Source: Chloroflexota bacterium
GTDB taxonomy: Bacteria; Chloroflexota; Anaerolineae; UBA4142
Length of the DNA: 58,323 bases
Assembly: GCA_023489485.1 (NCBI GenBank)
Contig: JAMDCU010000089.1
Location: 1 to 58,323, forward strand
Reading direction: 5' to 3'
Shown here piece by piece: positions 8,238 through 19,277 of the stretch. Within the stretch, counting starts at the first letter, position 1; the number at the start of each line of letters is the position of its first letter. The position numbers were made by a program, and so were the translations under genes. Under the pieces are notes generated by a model. It was not told where the DNA came from. It saw only the letters and a list, made by a program, of their open reading frames with translations, and ran no database searches.

Positions 8238-9346
8238 TTAAAGTCCTGTCTGTGTTCGGCACGCGACCGGAGGCCATAAAGATGGCACCTGTCGTCAAGG
8301 AACTTGCCAAGCACCCGAATGAGATCGTCAGCCGTGTTTGTGTTACAGCGCAGCATCGACAGATGCTTGATCAGGTTTTGAACCTCTTCAATATCGCGCC
8401 CGATTACGACCTCGACGTGATGCACGAAAGCCAATCGCCCACGCAGGTCGCATCCAGCGTCTTGGCAAAGTTGGAGCCAATTCTCAAAGCCGACCAGCCT
8501 GATTGGGTACTGGTGCAAGGAGATACGACAACCACCGCGGCTGCATCGTTAGCAGCTTTTTACGCCAGGTCACGGGTTGGTCACGTCGAGGCCGGTCTGC
8601 GCACGCACAATAAATATCACCCATTTCCCGAGGAGGTCAACCGGCGATTGACGACGGTTGTCGCAGACCTGCATTTTGCACCGACAACAAGAGCCAAACA
8701 AAACCTACTCGAGGAGGGGGTGGCAGACAAGGCGATCCGAGTAACAGGGAATTCTGTGATCGATGCTCTACACATGGTCGCCGGCTTACCGTATACCCCC
8801 GATCACGGGCCTCTCAAGGACATCGACTGGAACAAGCGCCTCATCCTGGTTACCGCGCATCGGCGCGAGAACTTTGGGGAGCCAATCAGACAAATCTGCT
8901 CGGCCCTGTGTGACATTGCGCTTGCTTACCGCGGAGATGTCCAGGTCGTCTATCCAGTCCACCTTAATCCCAGCATTCAGCGTCCGGTACACGAAATGCT
9001 AGGTGGGGTCCCGGGAGTCGCTCTGCTTGCCCCGCTCGACTACCTACCGTTGGTCTACCTGATGAAGCGCTCAACATTGGTACTGACGGACTCGGGTGGG
9101 ATCCAAGAAGAGGCGCCGAGTTTGGGAAAGCCAGTCCTGGTTCTGCGGGAAACGACAGAGAGGCCAGAGGCTGTGGATGCGGGCACAGTCCGGCTAGTCG
9201 GCACAAACAGAGAAAGAATTCGGGAATGGACCCAGCGGTTACTTGATAAACCCACTGAATATGAAAGGATGGCACGGGCGGTGAACCCCTATGGAGACGG
9301 AAACGCATCTGTCCGCATCAGCGAAAGTATCCTCAACGATCACTGA
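8234..9346 (+). CDS. wecB: UDP-N-acetylglucosamine 2-epimerase (non-hydrolysing)
   Basis: GTRPEAIKMAP, VLVQGDTTT, HVEAGLRT, TDSGGIQEEAP and NPYGDG motifs. Confidence 0.97.
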   Translation: MIKVLSVFGTRPEAIKMAPVVKELAKHPNEIVSRVCVTAQHRQMLDQVLNLFNIAPDYDLDVMHESQSPTQVASSVLAKLEPILKADQPDWVLVQGDTTTTAAASLAAFYARSRVGHVEAGLRTHNKYHPFPEEVNRRLTTVVADLHFAPTTRAKQNLLEEGVADKAIRVTGNSVIDALHMVAGLPYTPDHGPLKDIDWNKRLILVTAHRRENFGEPIRQICSALCDIALAYRGDVQVVYPVHLNPSIQRPVHEMLGGVPGVALLAPLDYLPLVYLMKRSTLVLTDSGGIQEEAPSLGKPVLVLRETTERPEAVDAGTVRLVGTNRERIREWTQRLLDKPTEYERMARAVNPYGDGNASVRISESILNDH

Positions 9347-10619
9347 ATGCACGAAAACCATCTGTGTCTTGGGGCTCGGCTACATCGGCCTGCCGACGGG
9401 GAGCATGTTTGCCACGCACGGGATGCGGGTCATCGGCGTAGACATCAATCCCCACATTGTTGATGTACTAACCGGCGGGGGTCTCCATATTGAGGAGACC
9501 GGGGTCAAGGATGTGGTTCGCGAAGCTATGAAGTCGGGCAACCTGGTGGTTAGGAGAGTACCAGAGCCCGCGGATGTCTTCATCATTGCGGTACCAACGC
9601 CCATAAACCAAGACAAGACAGCTGACATGCGAGCAGTTACCTCTGCAGCGGAAAGCATTGTTCCCCATCTAGCACCCGGCAATCTTGTGATTCTCGAATC
9701 CACTTCTCCCCCCCGCACAACCGTCGATCTGGTTAGGCCAATTCTGGAGCGATCCGCGCTCACGGCTGGACGGGATTTCCTATTGGCCTATTCCCCGGAA
9801 AGAGTCTTACCCGGGCAAATCCTGAAGGAGCTCGTGGAAAACCCAAGAGTGATCGGCGGGATCGACCGTGCCTCAGCCGAAGCCGGGCGTGACCTGTACA
9901 CAGCGTTTGTCAAGGGCGAGATTGTCCTAACCGATGCTACGACGGCGGAAATGATCAAGTTGATGGAGAACACATTCCGGGACGTGAATATAGCTCTGGC
10001 AAATGAATTCGGGTTGATAGCTGAAAAGTTAGGCGTGAACGTATGGGAAGCAATAGATATCGCAAACCGGCACCCACGTGTCAAGATCCTGCGGCCGGGG
10101 CCCGGTGTAGGCGGCCATTGCATAGCCGTTGATCCGTGGTTCTTGGTGGAAGCCGCTCCCGACCGGGCCCAACTAATTCGCCAGGCTCGGCGGGTTAACG
10201 ATGCAATGCCAAAGCATGTGGTTGAACAGGTGAAGCAAGTTGTTGCCGGGATCAAGAATCCCGCCATCGCATGCTTGGGCTTGACCTTTAAAGCGGACAT
10301 AGATGATACCAGAGAAAGCCCAGCCGTAGAGGTCGTCAAGCTCTTGAAAGCCGAAGGATTCGACGTGCGTGCGTTCGATCCGCACGTCAAGATAGGAACC
10401 TTTTCCTTCCAGGTAGAATCCCTGGCCAAGACACTTGACGGAGCAACTATGGTAGTCCTGCTAACAGACCATTCTGCTTTCAAGACAATACCTCGTGATC
10501 AGTTAACCCTATATGGTCAGCGAACACTGCTTGATACCCGCAATCTCTTGAACGATATGCCAATGGACCAGCCGCATCTTCAAATGGAGAAGCAGCCGCT
10601 CATGGCCCTTGCAGAGTGA
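9291..10619 (+). CDS. wecC: UDP-N-acetyl-D-mannosamine dehydrogenase-type nucleotide-sugar dehydrogenase
   Basis: GLGYIGLP, ILEST, SPERVLPG, ENTFRDVNIALANE and PGPGVGGHCIAVDP motifs; directly after wecB. The start position is uncertain. Confidence 0.9.
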   Translation: METETHLSASAKVSSTITECTKTICVLGLGYIGLPTGSMFATHGMRVIGVDINPHIVDVLTGGGLHIEETGVKDVVREAMKSGNLVVRRVPEPADVFIIAVPTPINQDKTADMRAVTSAAESIVPHLAPGNLVILESTSPPRTTVDLVRPILERSALTAGRDFLLAYSPERVLPGQILKELVENPRVIGGIDRASAEAGRDLYTAFVKGEIVLTDATTAEMIKLMENTFRDVNIALANEFGLIAEKLGVNVWEAIDIANRHPRVKILRPGPGVGGHCIAVDPWFLVEAAPDRAQLIRQARRVNDAMPKHVVEQVKQVVAGIKNPAIACLGLTFKADIDDTRESPAVEVVKLLKAEGFDVRAFDPHVKIGTFSFQVESLAKTLDGATMVVLLTDHSAFKTIPRDQLTLYGQRTLLDTRNLLNDMPMDQPHLQMEKQPLMALAE

Positions 10620-10760
10620 ATCGGGAATAGGGACACAATCGTGCCAATCCAAAACGAAATCTGCATGAGCATCGAGCGCCCTCCGATGCTATTGCTGGAT
10701 ATCACCTTATTGGGCTGAGGCGGTTCAATCTCACACCCACGCTCTTTACAAAGGGTCCTC

Positions 10761-11801
10761 TTGTTTTTCATCAAGTTGCTCTTTGTCATCACCTCACTAT
10801 TGATTATTGCATTATCCCCTAGGGCCAGGATACCAATGTTACGCAACAAACTCGTGATTGACGATTTGCGGGGAATTTGGCCGTCTCAAATTCCGGACCT
10901 GTTGCAAGCGGATGCCCACAGTTGGAGGCTTGTTGGACAAAGCAGGTTGTCGCGAGGCGACGCGCAGTCCGCAGAACAGGCTCTAATCCGTGCACACGCG
11001 CTGGATCCTGCCGACGAACTTTCCGATGCAGCACTTGGAAATATCGCCTGGGAGGACGGGGATATTGATGGAGCACTTGTGTTCTGGAGGGCCAGTGCCA
11101 ACCTATCAGCTCTTAAGAGCGCAGGCAGAGAGCTTATCAATCGCCATGACTACGATCACGCTGCTCGCGTGCTTGCCGCCGCAGCTGGGATAGCGCCCCA
11201 TGACGCACTCCTCTATCTTTGGCTTGGGGAAGCTCAGCTTGATGGTGGGGATTCGTTGGCCGCCGCCCGTTCATTTCAACAAGCGGTCCGTCTGGCACCT
11301 GATAATGTCTGGGGCTACCTCAGCCTCGCGGCTGCTTATCGCCAGGCAGGGGATTTTGACTCAGCCGACAAGTGGTGCCTTGCAGGGGTGGCGAGCGGCG
11401 ACCCCACAGCAAGAACCCGCTCTAGCCAATGTTTGTTTGAGAATCGCTTCTCTGAGGGAGCGCACTTAAGCAGCCAACAGCAATGGGCAGCTGCAGCCAA
11501 CGCATACCGTGCCGCGATAACGTCTAATCCGAAGGATGGTCGGGCATACATCGCTTTAGGTGGTATTCTGGCCGTCCGGATGAACTCGGAGCAGGAAGCC
11601 CGGCAATACCTGCTGCGGGGAATCGAATTGTCTCCCGATGATATTTGGGGCTACATTGAAATGGGCTGGATCGAACTCCGACACGCAAATCAGCAAGAGG
11701 CCCGCGGATGGGCTGGCCGAGCTCAACGCATTGATCCGAATAATTCTAGCCTACTTATGCTCCTGCAACAACTAGACAAGCCCGTCGAAGGCGATCACTA
11801 A
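10761..11801 (+). CDS. Membrane-anchored TPR protein
   Basis: N-terminal TM segment plus TPR repeats. Confidence 0.8.
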   Translation: MFFIKLLFVITSLLIIALSPRARIPMLRNKLVIDDLRGIWPSQIPDLLQADAHSWRLVGQSRLSRGDAQSAEQALIRAHALDPADELSDAALGNIAWEDGDIDGALVFWRASANLSALKSAGRELINRHDYDHAARVLAAAAGIAPHDALLYLWLGEAQLDGGDSLAAARSFQQAVRLAPDNVWGYLSLAAAYRQAGDFDSADKWCLAGVASGDPTARTRSSQCLFENRFSEGAHLSSQQQWAAAANAYRAAITSNPKDGRAYIALGGILAVRMNSEQEARQYLLRGIELSPDDIWGYIEMGWIELRHANQQEARGWAGRAQRIDPNNSSLLMLLQQLDKPVEGDH

Positions 11802-11804
11802 CCT

Positions 11805-13265
11805 GTGACCGCATTCGCCACATGCACTACCAAAAGTGACCTCCCCTCCCGATTTCTGCTAGGCGGCCTGGTCGCAGGTCTTAGCCTGATAACTGGGCTG
11901 GCTGCCGGGCAGTCCGTTTGGTTGATCGCAGTTCCGCCACTTCTCCTCGGGGGTATTGCGTTCGCCACTTATTATCCTGTCCCCGCTCTGATCGCCTACC
12001 TTTATGTCTTGGCCCTCACGCCACAGTACGTGGGACTCGATTTGCGGCCCTTGCTCCCGCTGAATGCGAGCAGGGCGGTTGGACTGTTAGTCTTCACCGG
12101 GCTGACTCTCCGCGTAGGGTATTCGCTTCTCTTCAGCCGTAAGAGCGATTCGCACCCACTACTCAAGTATCTGCTGTTCTTTTGGTTAGCGGTAAGTGTA
12201 TTGCCCGGCATCACCGTTCCAATAACGCTTACAGGCCAAATTCGCGCATCATTTCTCTTCACCCTTGATAACTTGGCTCCCTGTTTCTTTATCGCCTACT
12301 TTATCCGGACGGAGAAAGATCAAGATCGCTTAGTATCCAACCTCCTCCTGGCGGGCGCGTTTGTCGCTGTGCTTGGAGTACTGGAATTCGCGACAGGAAA
12401 TAATCTCTTCGTAAACCTTGGCCCACAGCTACCATGGGCTGAGGCATGGACCGGGACGCTAACCCGCGGCGGATTGCCGCGTGCTGAGGTGAACTTCGGG
12501 CATCCCATCTCTCTGGGAAGGTACTTTGCCTTGCTTATTCCATTTGCAATGCAGAGGTTTTCAACTGCGGCAGCGATACGAAAATGGGTTCTTTATGGAT
12601 TGCTTTCCTCTCTCCTGGCACTTGGCCTCGTAACGGCTCTTTCCGGGGGGCCTCTATGGGGAGCAATGCTGGCTGTAGCTGTCTTTCTTCTTCTGAGCCC
12701 GAGGAACATTCTGTTGCCGGTCCTATCGGCCGTCGGCGTACTGATTCTCATTACAGTGTTCACCCTGCCCGGTAACGCAATCCAAGACGTGTTGGGTGCA
12801 TTCTTTGGCCAAAATAGTGCTGCCGCGCCAGATGTCTCTGCCAATATAGCCGGGAGAGTCATGCTACTGGACGTCATACAGTATGACCTTCCACGAAGCC
12901 CCTGGTTCGGGTTCGGGACGGTCGATGCAATCCCTAACCTACTGATGCTCGTGCCAAATGGAGACGTCGTTAATACCTATGTCCTTTACCTCGTCCAATA
13001 TGGGGTTGTGGGATTAACAAGCTTCATGCTCATCCTGTTCTGGTGCTTAAGAAGCCTGATTGTCAGGCTGCGCTCCAGCCAGGAACCGCAGTTGCGAATC
13101 GTGACTATTGCTCTATTCGCTGGCTTTCTGGGACAGGCACTCATCAGTTTCGGGGTTAGTCCCGTTGGCGTTGGAGCCCAGTTCTTCTGGGTTCTAATCG
13201 GTTTGATCGGTTCCAACTACTGGGTAAATGGACGCAGGGAAGTTGATGTGGCCGCGGGTGGCTAG
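11805..13265 (+). CDS. O-antigen ligase/Wzy polymerase family protein
   Basis: About 12 hydrophobic segments; RAEVNFGHPISLG, GR...PWFGFG and N.Y...LVQYGVVG motifs; adjacent to the flippase. Confidence 0.85.
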   Translation: MTAFATCTTKSDLPSRFLLGGLVAGLSLITGLAAGQSVWLIAVPPLLLGGIAFATYYPVPALIAYLYVLALTPQYVGLDLRPLLPLNASRAVGLLVFTGLTLRVGYSLLFSRKSDSHPLLKYLLFFWLAVSVLPGITVPITLTGQIRASFLFTLDNLAPCFFIAYFIRTEKDQDRLVSNLLLAGAFVAVLGVLEFATGNNLFVNLGPQLPWAEAWTGTLTRGGLPRAEVNFGHPISLGRYFALLIPFAMQRFSTAAAIRKWVLYGLLSSLLALGLVTALSGGPLWGAMLAVAVFLLLSPRNILLPVLSAVGVLILITVFTLPGNAIQDVLGAFFGQNSAAAPDVSANIAGRVMLLDVIQYDLPRSPWFGFGTVDAIPNLLMLVPNGDVVNTYVLYLVQYGVVGLTSFMLILFWCLRSLIVRLRSSQEPQLRIVTIALFAGFLGQALISFGVSPVGVGAQFFWVLIGLIGSNYWVNGRREVDVAAGG

Positions 13266-14781
13266 GAAACTGCCGGCTCGCAACGCTGGCAAGGCTCTTC
13301 CCTCCTCAAGGGGCGGACTGGGGACGCGAAATGTCCTCTTTAACACCGTTGTCCTTACCACCGGCCAACTGCTGGGGCGGGTCTCAGGCCTAATCTTTGT
13401 TCCCTTCATCGCTCGGCAACTCGGCAGTGGTGACTTGGGCGCATACCAATTGAGCAATATCTTGATTGCCTACCTGTCGGTTGCTGTTCTATTCGGCCTT
13501 AGTCCTCTGGTTGTCCGGTCGATGGCTCAGCATCCCGAAGACGCTCCGCGCCTATTTGCCGAGTCCCTGTCATTGCGCGTGCTATTTGCTGGAATCGCGA
13601 TCGGCGTCCTGGCTATCTTCCTTTTCCTCTCCGGCTACCCTCGAATTGTCAATGAAATGTCCCTGATTCTCAGCTTGGGGCTATTCGCGCTGGCCGTTAC
13701 CGATGCGGCCGATACTGTGTTTCAGGCCCATCAGCAGATGGGCTACTCTGTCCTCGTGACCTTGACTTCCACTGCCGTCTATCTTGTCACTGGCTCGATT
13801 GCACTTCACTCTGGTTATGGAGTAGTCGGGCTAGCCGCTGCAAGCTGTTTTGCCGCTCTCGTACGCACTGTCCTAGCCCTGGGCATTCTTCGTTCCCGGT
13901 TTTTTGCGCCGCGGCTGACCTGGGTTTGGTCGGAACAGAGAACCTTGCTCTATTCCGCGGTACCATTCTTTCTCGGAGGTGCTTCGGCTTACATCTTGAG
14001 CAAGGTCGATGTGTTGATGTTATCGCGGACGGTGCCTTTGGAAGTCCTCGGGCTCTACGTCGCCGGCTATTTTTTTCTCGACATTTCCCTGTTCCTCCCG
14101 AATTCATTTGCCCAAGCTATCTATCCAGAACTCGCTCGCATCGCAGGCGAGCGAAGAGCGCAACTCGGGACACTTACGCAGCGCTTTTACAAACTGATTT
14201 TCGCCGCCGGTCTCCTGAATATCGTCACTGTGGTCCCCATCGCAGCTTGGTTGGTACACCTTCTTTATGGGGCCAAATATGAATCATCTGTTGCTGTACT
14301 CCAGATCGTAATCTGGAGCGTCGTTCTGGTCTCCTTCAATGCGACGGTCGGGCGCGCGATCTACGCGGCCGGTGGGCAGTGGCCGTTGGTCTGGATAAGT
14401 CTGATTGGGGCGGCGAGCAATGTGATCGGTAACTTGGTGCTGATTCCGCACCTGGGCATTATCGGGTCGAGCATCACTACGGTGGCAAGTTTTGGCGTCG
14501 GAGTTTGCTGCCACGCGTACTTTGCACGGCGATATCAGTGCTCGATCAATCCTATCCCTCTGCTTCGTGCCATACCAGGACTAATCGTCGGCCTGGTCGT
14601 TGGGATTGTCGCCTTTCAGCTCTCTTGGTGGGTAGGACTCGTGGGCGCTGCATGCACTTATCTGGCCGGGCTAGTGCTTATGGGTTACTTTAGTTCGGCC
14701 GAGATGGCATCTGTAGTGAATCATCTGTCGTTCGTTGCGGCTCGATTCAAGGAGGCCCTGCCGGTATCTCCCGATGAATGA
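13228..14781 (+). CDS. wzx: Wzx oligosaccharide flippase
   Basis: IARQLGSGDLGAY, KVDVLMLS...LGLY and NLVLIPHLGIIG motifs; MOP-family multi-TM protein. Confidence 0.9.
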   Translation: MDAGKLMWPRVARKLPARNAGKALPSSRGGLGTRNVLFNTVVLTTGQLLGRVSGLIFVPFIARQLGSGDLGAYQLSNILIAYLSVAVLFGLSPLVVRSMAQHPEDAPRLFAESLSLRVLFAGIAIGVLAIFLFLSGYPRIVNEMSLILSLGLFALAVTDAADTVFQAHQQMGYSVLVTLTSTAVYLVTGSIALHSGYGVVGLAAASCFAALVRTVLALGILRSRFFAPRLTWVWSEQRTLLYSAVPFFLGGASAYILSKVDVLMLSRTVPLEVLGLYVAGYFFLDISLFLPNSFAQAIYPELARIAGERRAQLGTLTQRFYKLIFAAGLLNIVTVVPIAAWLVHLLYGAKYESSVAVLQIVIWSVVLVSFNATVGRAIYAAGGQWPLVWISLIGAASNVIGNLVLIPHLGIIGSSITTVASFGVGVCCHAYFARRYQCSINPIPLLRAIPGLIVGLVVGIVAFQLSWWVGLVGAACTYLAGLVLMGYFSSAEMASVVNHLSFVAARFKEALPVSPDE

Positions 14782-15790
14782 GCAGACGTCAAATGCAAAA
14801 GATAGCGGCGTTCTCGATCTCTCGATCATCATCGTTAACTACAACACCTTCGATCTGACGAGGCAGTGCATTGTATCGGTCATCGAGGCCGATAAAGGGA
14901 TTAGCCGGGAAATTATTCTTGTAGACAACGCGTCTACAGATGGAAGTGCAAGTTTGCTCGGAGCTATGTTTCCGACTATCCGATTAATAGCAAATCCACA
15001 AAACGTAGGTTTTGCGGCCGGAAACAATAGGGGAATCGTTTGTGCGACGGGGCGCTATGTTCTTCTTCTCAACTCTGATACGATTGTCAGGGCGGGCGTC
15101 TTAGCAGGAAGTGTTGAATTCCTTAACCAGCACCCTGATGCAGGTGCAGTGGGCGTAACGCTGGTCGGAATAGACGGCAAAGCCCAAGTGTCATACGGGC
15201 AATTCCACTCTCGCTCTTCGGCCCTTGCAGATGTCTTTCCCTGCGGCCGGATTCTTCCACGAAGCATTCTCGCACGTCGTGCCGGACAGATCCCGCCTGC
15301 CACAAGCGAGCCAATGGCTGTCGGTTATGTTTCCGGAGCCTATTTCCTTGTACGACGGGACGTGATCGACGAGATCGGGCTCTTCGATCAAGGCTTCTTC
15401 ATGTATTCTGAAGAGATGGACTGGTGCTGGCGAATGCGGGAGAAGGGATGGAAAACCTACCTCTTGCCTGGATTGGAGATTGTTCATCTAGGAGGGGGCA
15501 GCTATGGCAAACAATCCGAACCGCGGACGCACCACTTGATTGCGAGCCGCAATCACTTTCTGAACAGGCACTATTCACGTACATACCGACTAACTTTCTT
15601 CATAATGCTTTTTGCAATCGTCGTCGTCTCCGCTGTCGTCTTGGGCGCGTGCGATCGATTGTCCTTCAGACAATTCCCGCGATTAACCAGGCGTGCCACG
15701 TATTATTCAAGTCGTCTCCTATTGGAGTGGGAATCGCTTGCCCGCCCGCGCTTTGTTGAGAAGGCAGAGGCTAGAGCGAAAGAAGGTTAA
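14774..15790 (+). CDS. Glycosyltransferase family 2
   Basis: LSIIIVNYN, VDNASTDGS, NVGFAAGNN, LLNSD and FFMYSEEMDWC motifs. Confidence 0.92.
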   Translation: MNEQTSNAKDSGVLDLSIIIVNYNTFDLTRQCIVSVIEADKGISREIILVDNASTDGSASLLGAMFPTIRLIANPQNVGFAAGNNRGIVCATGRYVLLLNSDTIVRAGVLAGSVEFLNQHPDAGAVGVTLVGIDGKAQVSYGQFHSRSSALADVFPCGRILPRSILARRAGQIPPATSEPMAVGYVSGAYFLVRRDVIDEIGLFDQGFFMYSEEMDWCWRMREKGWKTYLLPGLEIVHLGGGSYGKQSEPRTHHLIASRNHFLNRHYSRTYRLTFFIMLFAIVVVSAVVLGACDRLSFRQFPRLTRRATYYSSRLLLEWESLARPRFVEKAEARAKEG

Positions 15791-15796
15791 CCCGGA

Positions 15797-17062
15797 ATGT
15801 TTGCCTCCCGCTCATTGTGTGCGAATGATCATCTCTTGAAGCATATCCTCTTTGTCACAGATGTGGACATCACAAGCGAGAACGGCTACCGGACTCGAGT
15901 GCTTTCAGAAGCAAGGGAAGTGTCAAGAAACGGAGCGCGTATCTCGTTCATGTCCTTTGTGTTTGCCCGGGCCCTAACCAAAAACTCAAGGGGTGCTGCG
16001 GAGTTTATTGCCAAGGCAGAGGGACTGGGGGCTAAGATCTGGCTACTGCCCAGCCCGCCTCATTTCAAGCGGGCCGCTCTGATCCGCATGGTCGATCGGT
16101 ACAAAACAGGATTGCTGCGAATCGCGATCCTGGGGCTGAGACCGGATATTGTGCAGGGGGAAGGAACAACAGCCGCTTACACTGCTGTCGCCATTGATCG
16201 GAAGAACCGACCACCTGTGGTCTTCGACATGCATGGCGCGATCCCCGAGGAAATACAGGCAAGCGAATTGCCAGAGGCGTATCGCAAGATGCAACTCACC
16301 CGTGTGGAGCACATGGAGGAAATAGCCCTTGCAAGGTCTCAATATGTTATCTCTGTTTCTGATGCGCTTGTCGGGCATTGGCAGCGCAAGTATCCAACAA
16401 TTCGCACGCGCGTAGAGATAATCCCTTGTGCCGTCAACACCGACCTATTTCGACTTGATGATCTCTCCCGCCGCACGCGCCGTCTTGAGTGGGAATTGGG
16501 CGACGAAGATCCGCTCTTCGTCTACTCCGGTGCTGCCCAGGCGTACCAGCAGGTGGATCGAGTTGCGCGTGTCTTTGCACGAGTTTTGACCTTGCTGCCG
16601 TCCGCCAAAATACTCTTTCTTGTTCCTTCCAGGGATAGAGAGCAAGTAGAGGCCTTGATCCACGCCAACCAGATTCCGAAGACAAGGTGTGTTGTCCAAT
16701 CAGCCATTCATCATGAGGTTCCGAGCTACCTTTCGGCAGCCGATGTAGGCTTCTTGTTACGGGATAATCTCCTGTTGAATCGTGTTGCCTCTCCCACGAA
16801 GTTCGGTGAATACATGGCCTGTGGCGTGCCCATCATCGGCAGTCCTAACGTTGAATCGGTTAAGGAAGCGATCTTGCATCAAGAGATAGGTTTCTTACTC
16901 GACTCTGACAACCCTGAGAGTCTGGGGGTATTGGTTTCGTGCGTAAGGAACTTGATGCGACAGAGATACAGCTGGGCCAGAAAGTGCCGCACCTATGCAG
17001 AACAAAGTCTTTCGTGGAACCGATTCGGGAAAGAATTGGTGAAGCTCTATTCTAACCTTTGA
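15797..17062 (+). CDS. Glycosyltransferase family 4
   Basis: FDMHG and SPTKFGEYMACGVPII motifs. Confidence 0.88.
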   Translation: MFASRSLCANDHLLKHILFVTDVDITSENGYRTRVLSEAREVSRNGARISFMSFVFARALTKNSRGAAEFIAKAEGLGAKIWLLPSPPHFKRAALIRMVDRYKTGLLRIAILGLRPDIVQGEGTTAAYTAVAIDRKNRPPVVFDMHGAIPEEIQASELPEAYRKMQLTRVEHMEEIALARSQYVISVSDALVGHWQRKYPTIRTRVEIIPCAVNTDLFRLDDLSRRTRRLEWELGDEDPLFVYSGAAQAYQQVDRVARVFARVLTLLPSAKILFLVPSRDREQVEALIHANQIPKTRCVVQSAIHHEVPSYLSAADVGFLLRDNLLLNRVASPTKFGEYMACGVPIIGSPNVESVKEAILHQEIGFLLDSDNPESLGVLVSCVRNLMRQRYSWARKCRTYAEQSLSWNRFGKELVKLYSNL

Positions 17063-17081
17063 GCGTCGAAACGAGAGGAAC

Positions 17082-18065
17082 GTGAATTGCAGATATTATC
17101 AGGCTGTATTCTTACGCATTCGGGCCACGAGCATGAGGGTTAGCAACATACTGAACAGATCTCGATTTCTGAGAAAGCTCAACCGATATCGCCATTTGAT
17201 TCAAATCGACCAGCGTTACCCCGTCGCGCATCTGCCCGGTCATTACTACTCGCCTATACCTTCACTAGAAGATATTCTCGAATACGACAATAAACTCGCA
17301 GAAGGGAAAAACACGCAGATACTAGGCGTGGATCTTCGTGAGAACGAACAGCTTCTCCTTCTCAATCTATTCGCCCAATATTGTAGCGCAATCCCGTTTC
17401 CGGAAACGGCAAATGGAAGGTACCGCTACTACTTTCATAACAACTGGTTCTCATACCCGGATGCCGTCAGTCTTTACAGCATGATGAGGTACCTTTCACC
17501 CGCCCAGGTTATTGAAATCGGATCCGGCTTTTCTTCCGCGGCCATCCTTGATACGAGTGATGAATTCCTGCAGGGCACAGTGAAGATCACCTTTGTCGAA
17601 CCGTACCCCGAGCGGTTGTACTCTCTCCTCAACGAGAAGGACCGGAGAACGACGCGGATCATTGCAGAAAAGGTACAGAGAGTCGACCCGCAAACGTTTA
17701 CGACCTTGGCAGCAGGTGATATCTTGTTCGTAGATTCCTCACACATTTCAAAATTCGGCTCGGATTTGAACTATCTCCTGTTTGAGGTTCTGCCAAGACT
17801 TAACAGTGGTGTTCACGTTCACTTCCACGATGTCTTCTTCCCATTTGAATACCCCCGGGAATGGCTCCTAAAAGGTTACGCATGGAACGAAGCCTACATG
17901 CTAAGGTCATTTCTTCAGTTCAATTCTGCCTTTCGAATCGTCTTTTTTGTGGACCTTTTGACGAAGTGTTTTCCACAAGAGGTTAGCCGGGTTCTTCCTC
18001 TCTTGTTAAAGAGAGGTCCGGGAACTGGCTCTGGAGGAGGAAGTATCTGGCTCCGCAAGCTATAG
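17082..18065 (+). CDS. Class I SAM-dependent methyltransferase (Methyltransf_24-like)
   Basis: PGHYYSPIP, IEIGSGFSS, LFVDSSH, HFHDVF and WNEAY motifs. Confidence 0.88.
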   Translation: MNCRYYQAVFLRIRATSMRVSNILNRSRFLRKLNRYRHLIQIDQRYPVAHLPGHYYSPIPSLEDILEYDNKLAEGKNTQILGVDLRENEQLLLLNLFAQYCSAIPFPETANGRYRYYFHNNWFSYPDAVSLYSMMRYLSPAQVIEIGSGFSSAAILDTSDEFLQGTVKITFVEPYPERLYSLLNEKDRRTTRIIAEKVQRVDPQTFTTLAAGDILFVDSSHISKFGSDLNYLLFEVLPRLNSGVHVHFHDVFFPFEYPREWLLKGYAWNEAYMLRSFLQFNSAFRIVFFVDLLTKCFPQEVSRVLPLLLKRGPGTGSGGGSIWLRKL

Positions 18066-19277
18066 TTGGTTCTCAAGACGCTCTGGGTTGGAAAAACCTT
18101 GGCCTCTAGCTCGATCACTGTTGCTCTGGGATCGACATATCCTTTCGATGAATCTCAGGTCCGTGGCGGTGTGCAGGCCGTCGCCATGCACTTGGTACAT
18201 GCGATGGCGAAGCGCGACGATTTGGAGTTGCACGTGGTGTCCTGCAATCGTACGGTAAATCACAGCTTCACAGAGCGAAGAGGGGCAATCACCTTCCACT
18301 GGCTTGCAACCGGAAAGAGACTCTATGGGCTGCGCGCCGCAACACTGGACTCGTGGCGAGTTCGGCAAGTCTACGACCGCATTCAGCCTGACATCATTCA
18401 TGCACAGAACTGCTCAGAATACTCGCTAGGTGCTCCCCCCGATGTTCCCTTGGTCATAACGGTACATGGTCTGGAATTCTTTGCCCCGGTTATGCAGAAG
18501 ACGGGTCGCTTTAAGGGGCTGCCAGGAGCGTACCGCCGATTCGCTGCCGGATGGATGATCCGTGAAAGCACAAGGAAATGCTCCGCGGTGATTTCCATTG
18601 CCGGCGACTACGTTCCAAAAGCCATGGGCAGCTTGTTGCGCAACAAGTCGATCTACAATATCGCGAATCCCCTAGGCGATGATCTCTGGGTTGCGACATC
18701 TGGGTTTGAGACAGATGGGACGCTCCTCTGCGCCGGCGAGATAATTGAGCGCAAGAATGCAATCGGTTTAGTACGGGCATTTGGTCTCGTTGCAGGTCGC
18801 TTGCCATGGGCAAGGCTTGAGCTAGCAGGGGGTATCGGCGAGCCAAGCTATTTTCGCCGCGTTCAGCGGGAAATTACTCACTTGGGGATACAGACTAGGG
18901 TTACTTTTCTTGGCCAGCTGAATCGAACTCAGCTGCTGGATGCTTACTCTCGCTGCTCCATTGTTGTGCTCGCATCAGTTCAGGAGACAGCCCCCATGGC
19001 ACTGGCTGAGGCTATGGCGGCAGGGAGACCCGTGGTGGCCACCCGTGTAGGTGGGATCCCTTGGATGATAGAAGACGGCGCAACAGGTTACCTGGTCGAT
19101 GTGGGGGACACGGAATCCATGTCTGCTCGAATTCTCGAATTGTTAACCCAAAAATCAAAGCGGGCACGAATGGGCGCGGCAGCAAGGGAGAAGGCCCAGC
19201 AGCTTTTCACCGCAGATGAAGTCGCCGACAGGACCATTCAGGCGTACAACCAACTGCTGGAGGGGAGACGGAATTGA
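18066..19277 (+). CDS. Glycosyltransferase family 4
   Basis: ETAPMALAEAMAAGRPVVATRVGG motif. Confidence 0.9.
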   Translation: MVLKTLWVGKTLASSSITVALGSTYPFDESQVRGGVQAVAMHLVHAMAKRDDLELHVVSCNRTVNHSFTERRGAITFHWLATGKRLYGLRAATLDSWRVRQVYDRIQPDIIHAQNCSEYSLGAPPDVPLVITVHGLEFFAPVMQKTGRFKGLPGAYRRFAAGWMIRESTRKCSAVISIAGDYVPKAMGSLLRNKSIYNIANPLGDDLWVATSGFETDGTLLCAGEIIERKNAIGLVRAFGLVAGRLPWARLELAGGIGEPSYFRRVQREITHLGIQTRVTFLGQLNRTQLLDAYSRCSIVVLASVQETAPMALAEAMAAGRPVVATRVGGIPWMIEDGATGYLVDVGDTESMSARILELLTQKSKRARMGAAAREKAQQLFTADEVADRTIQAYNQLLEGRRN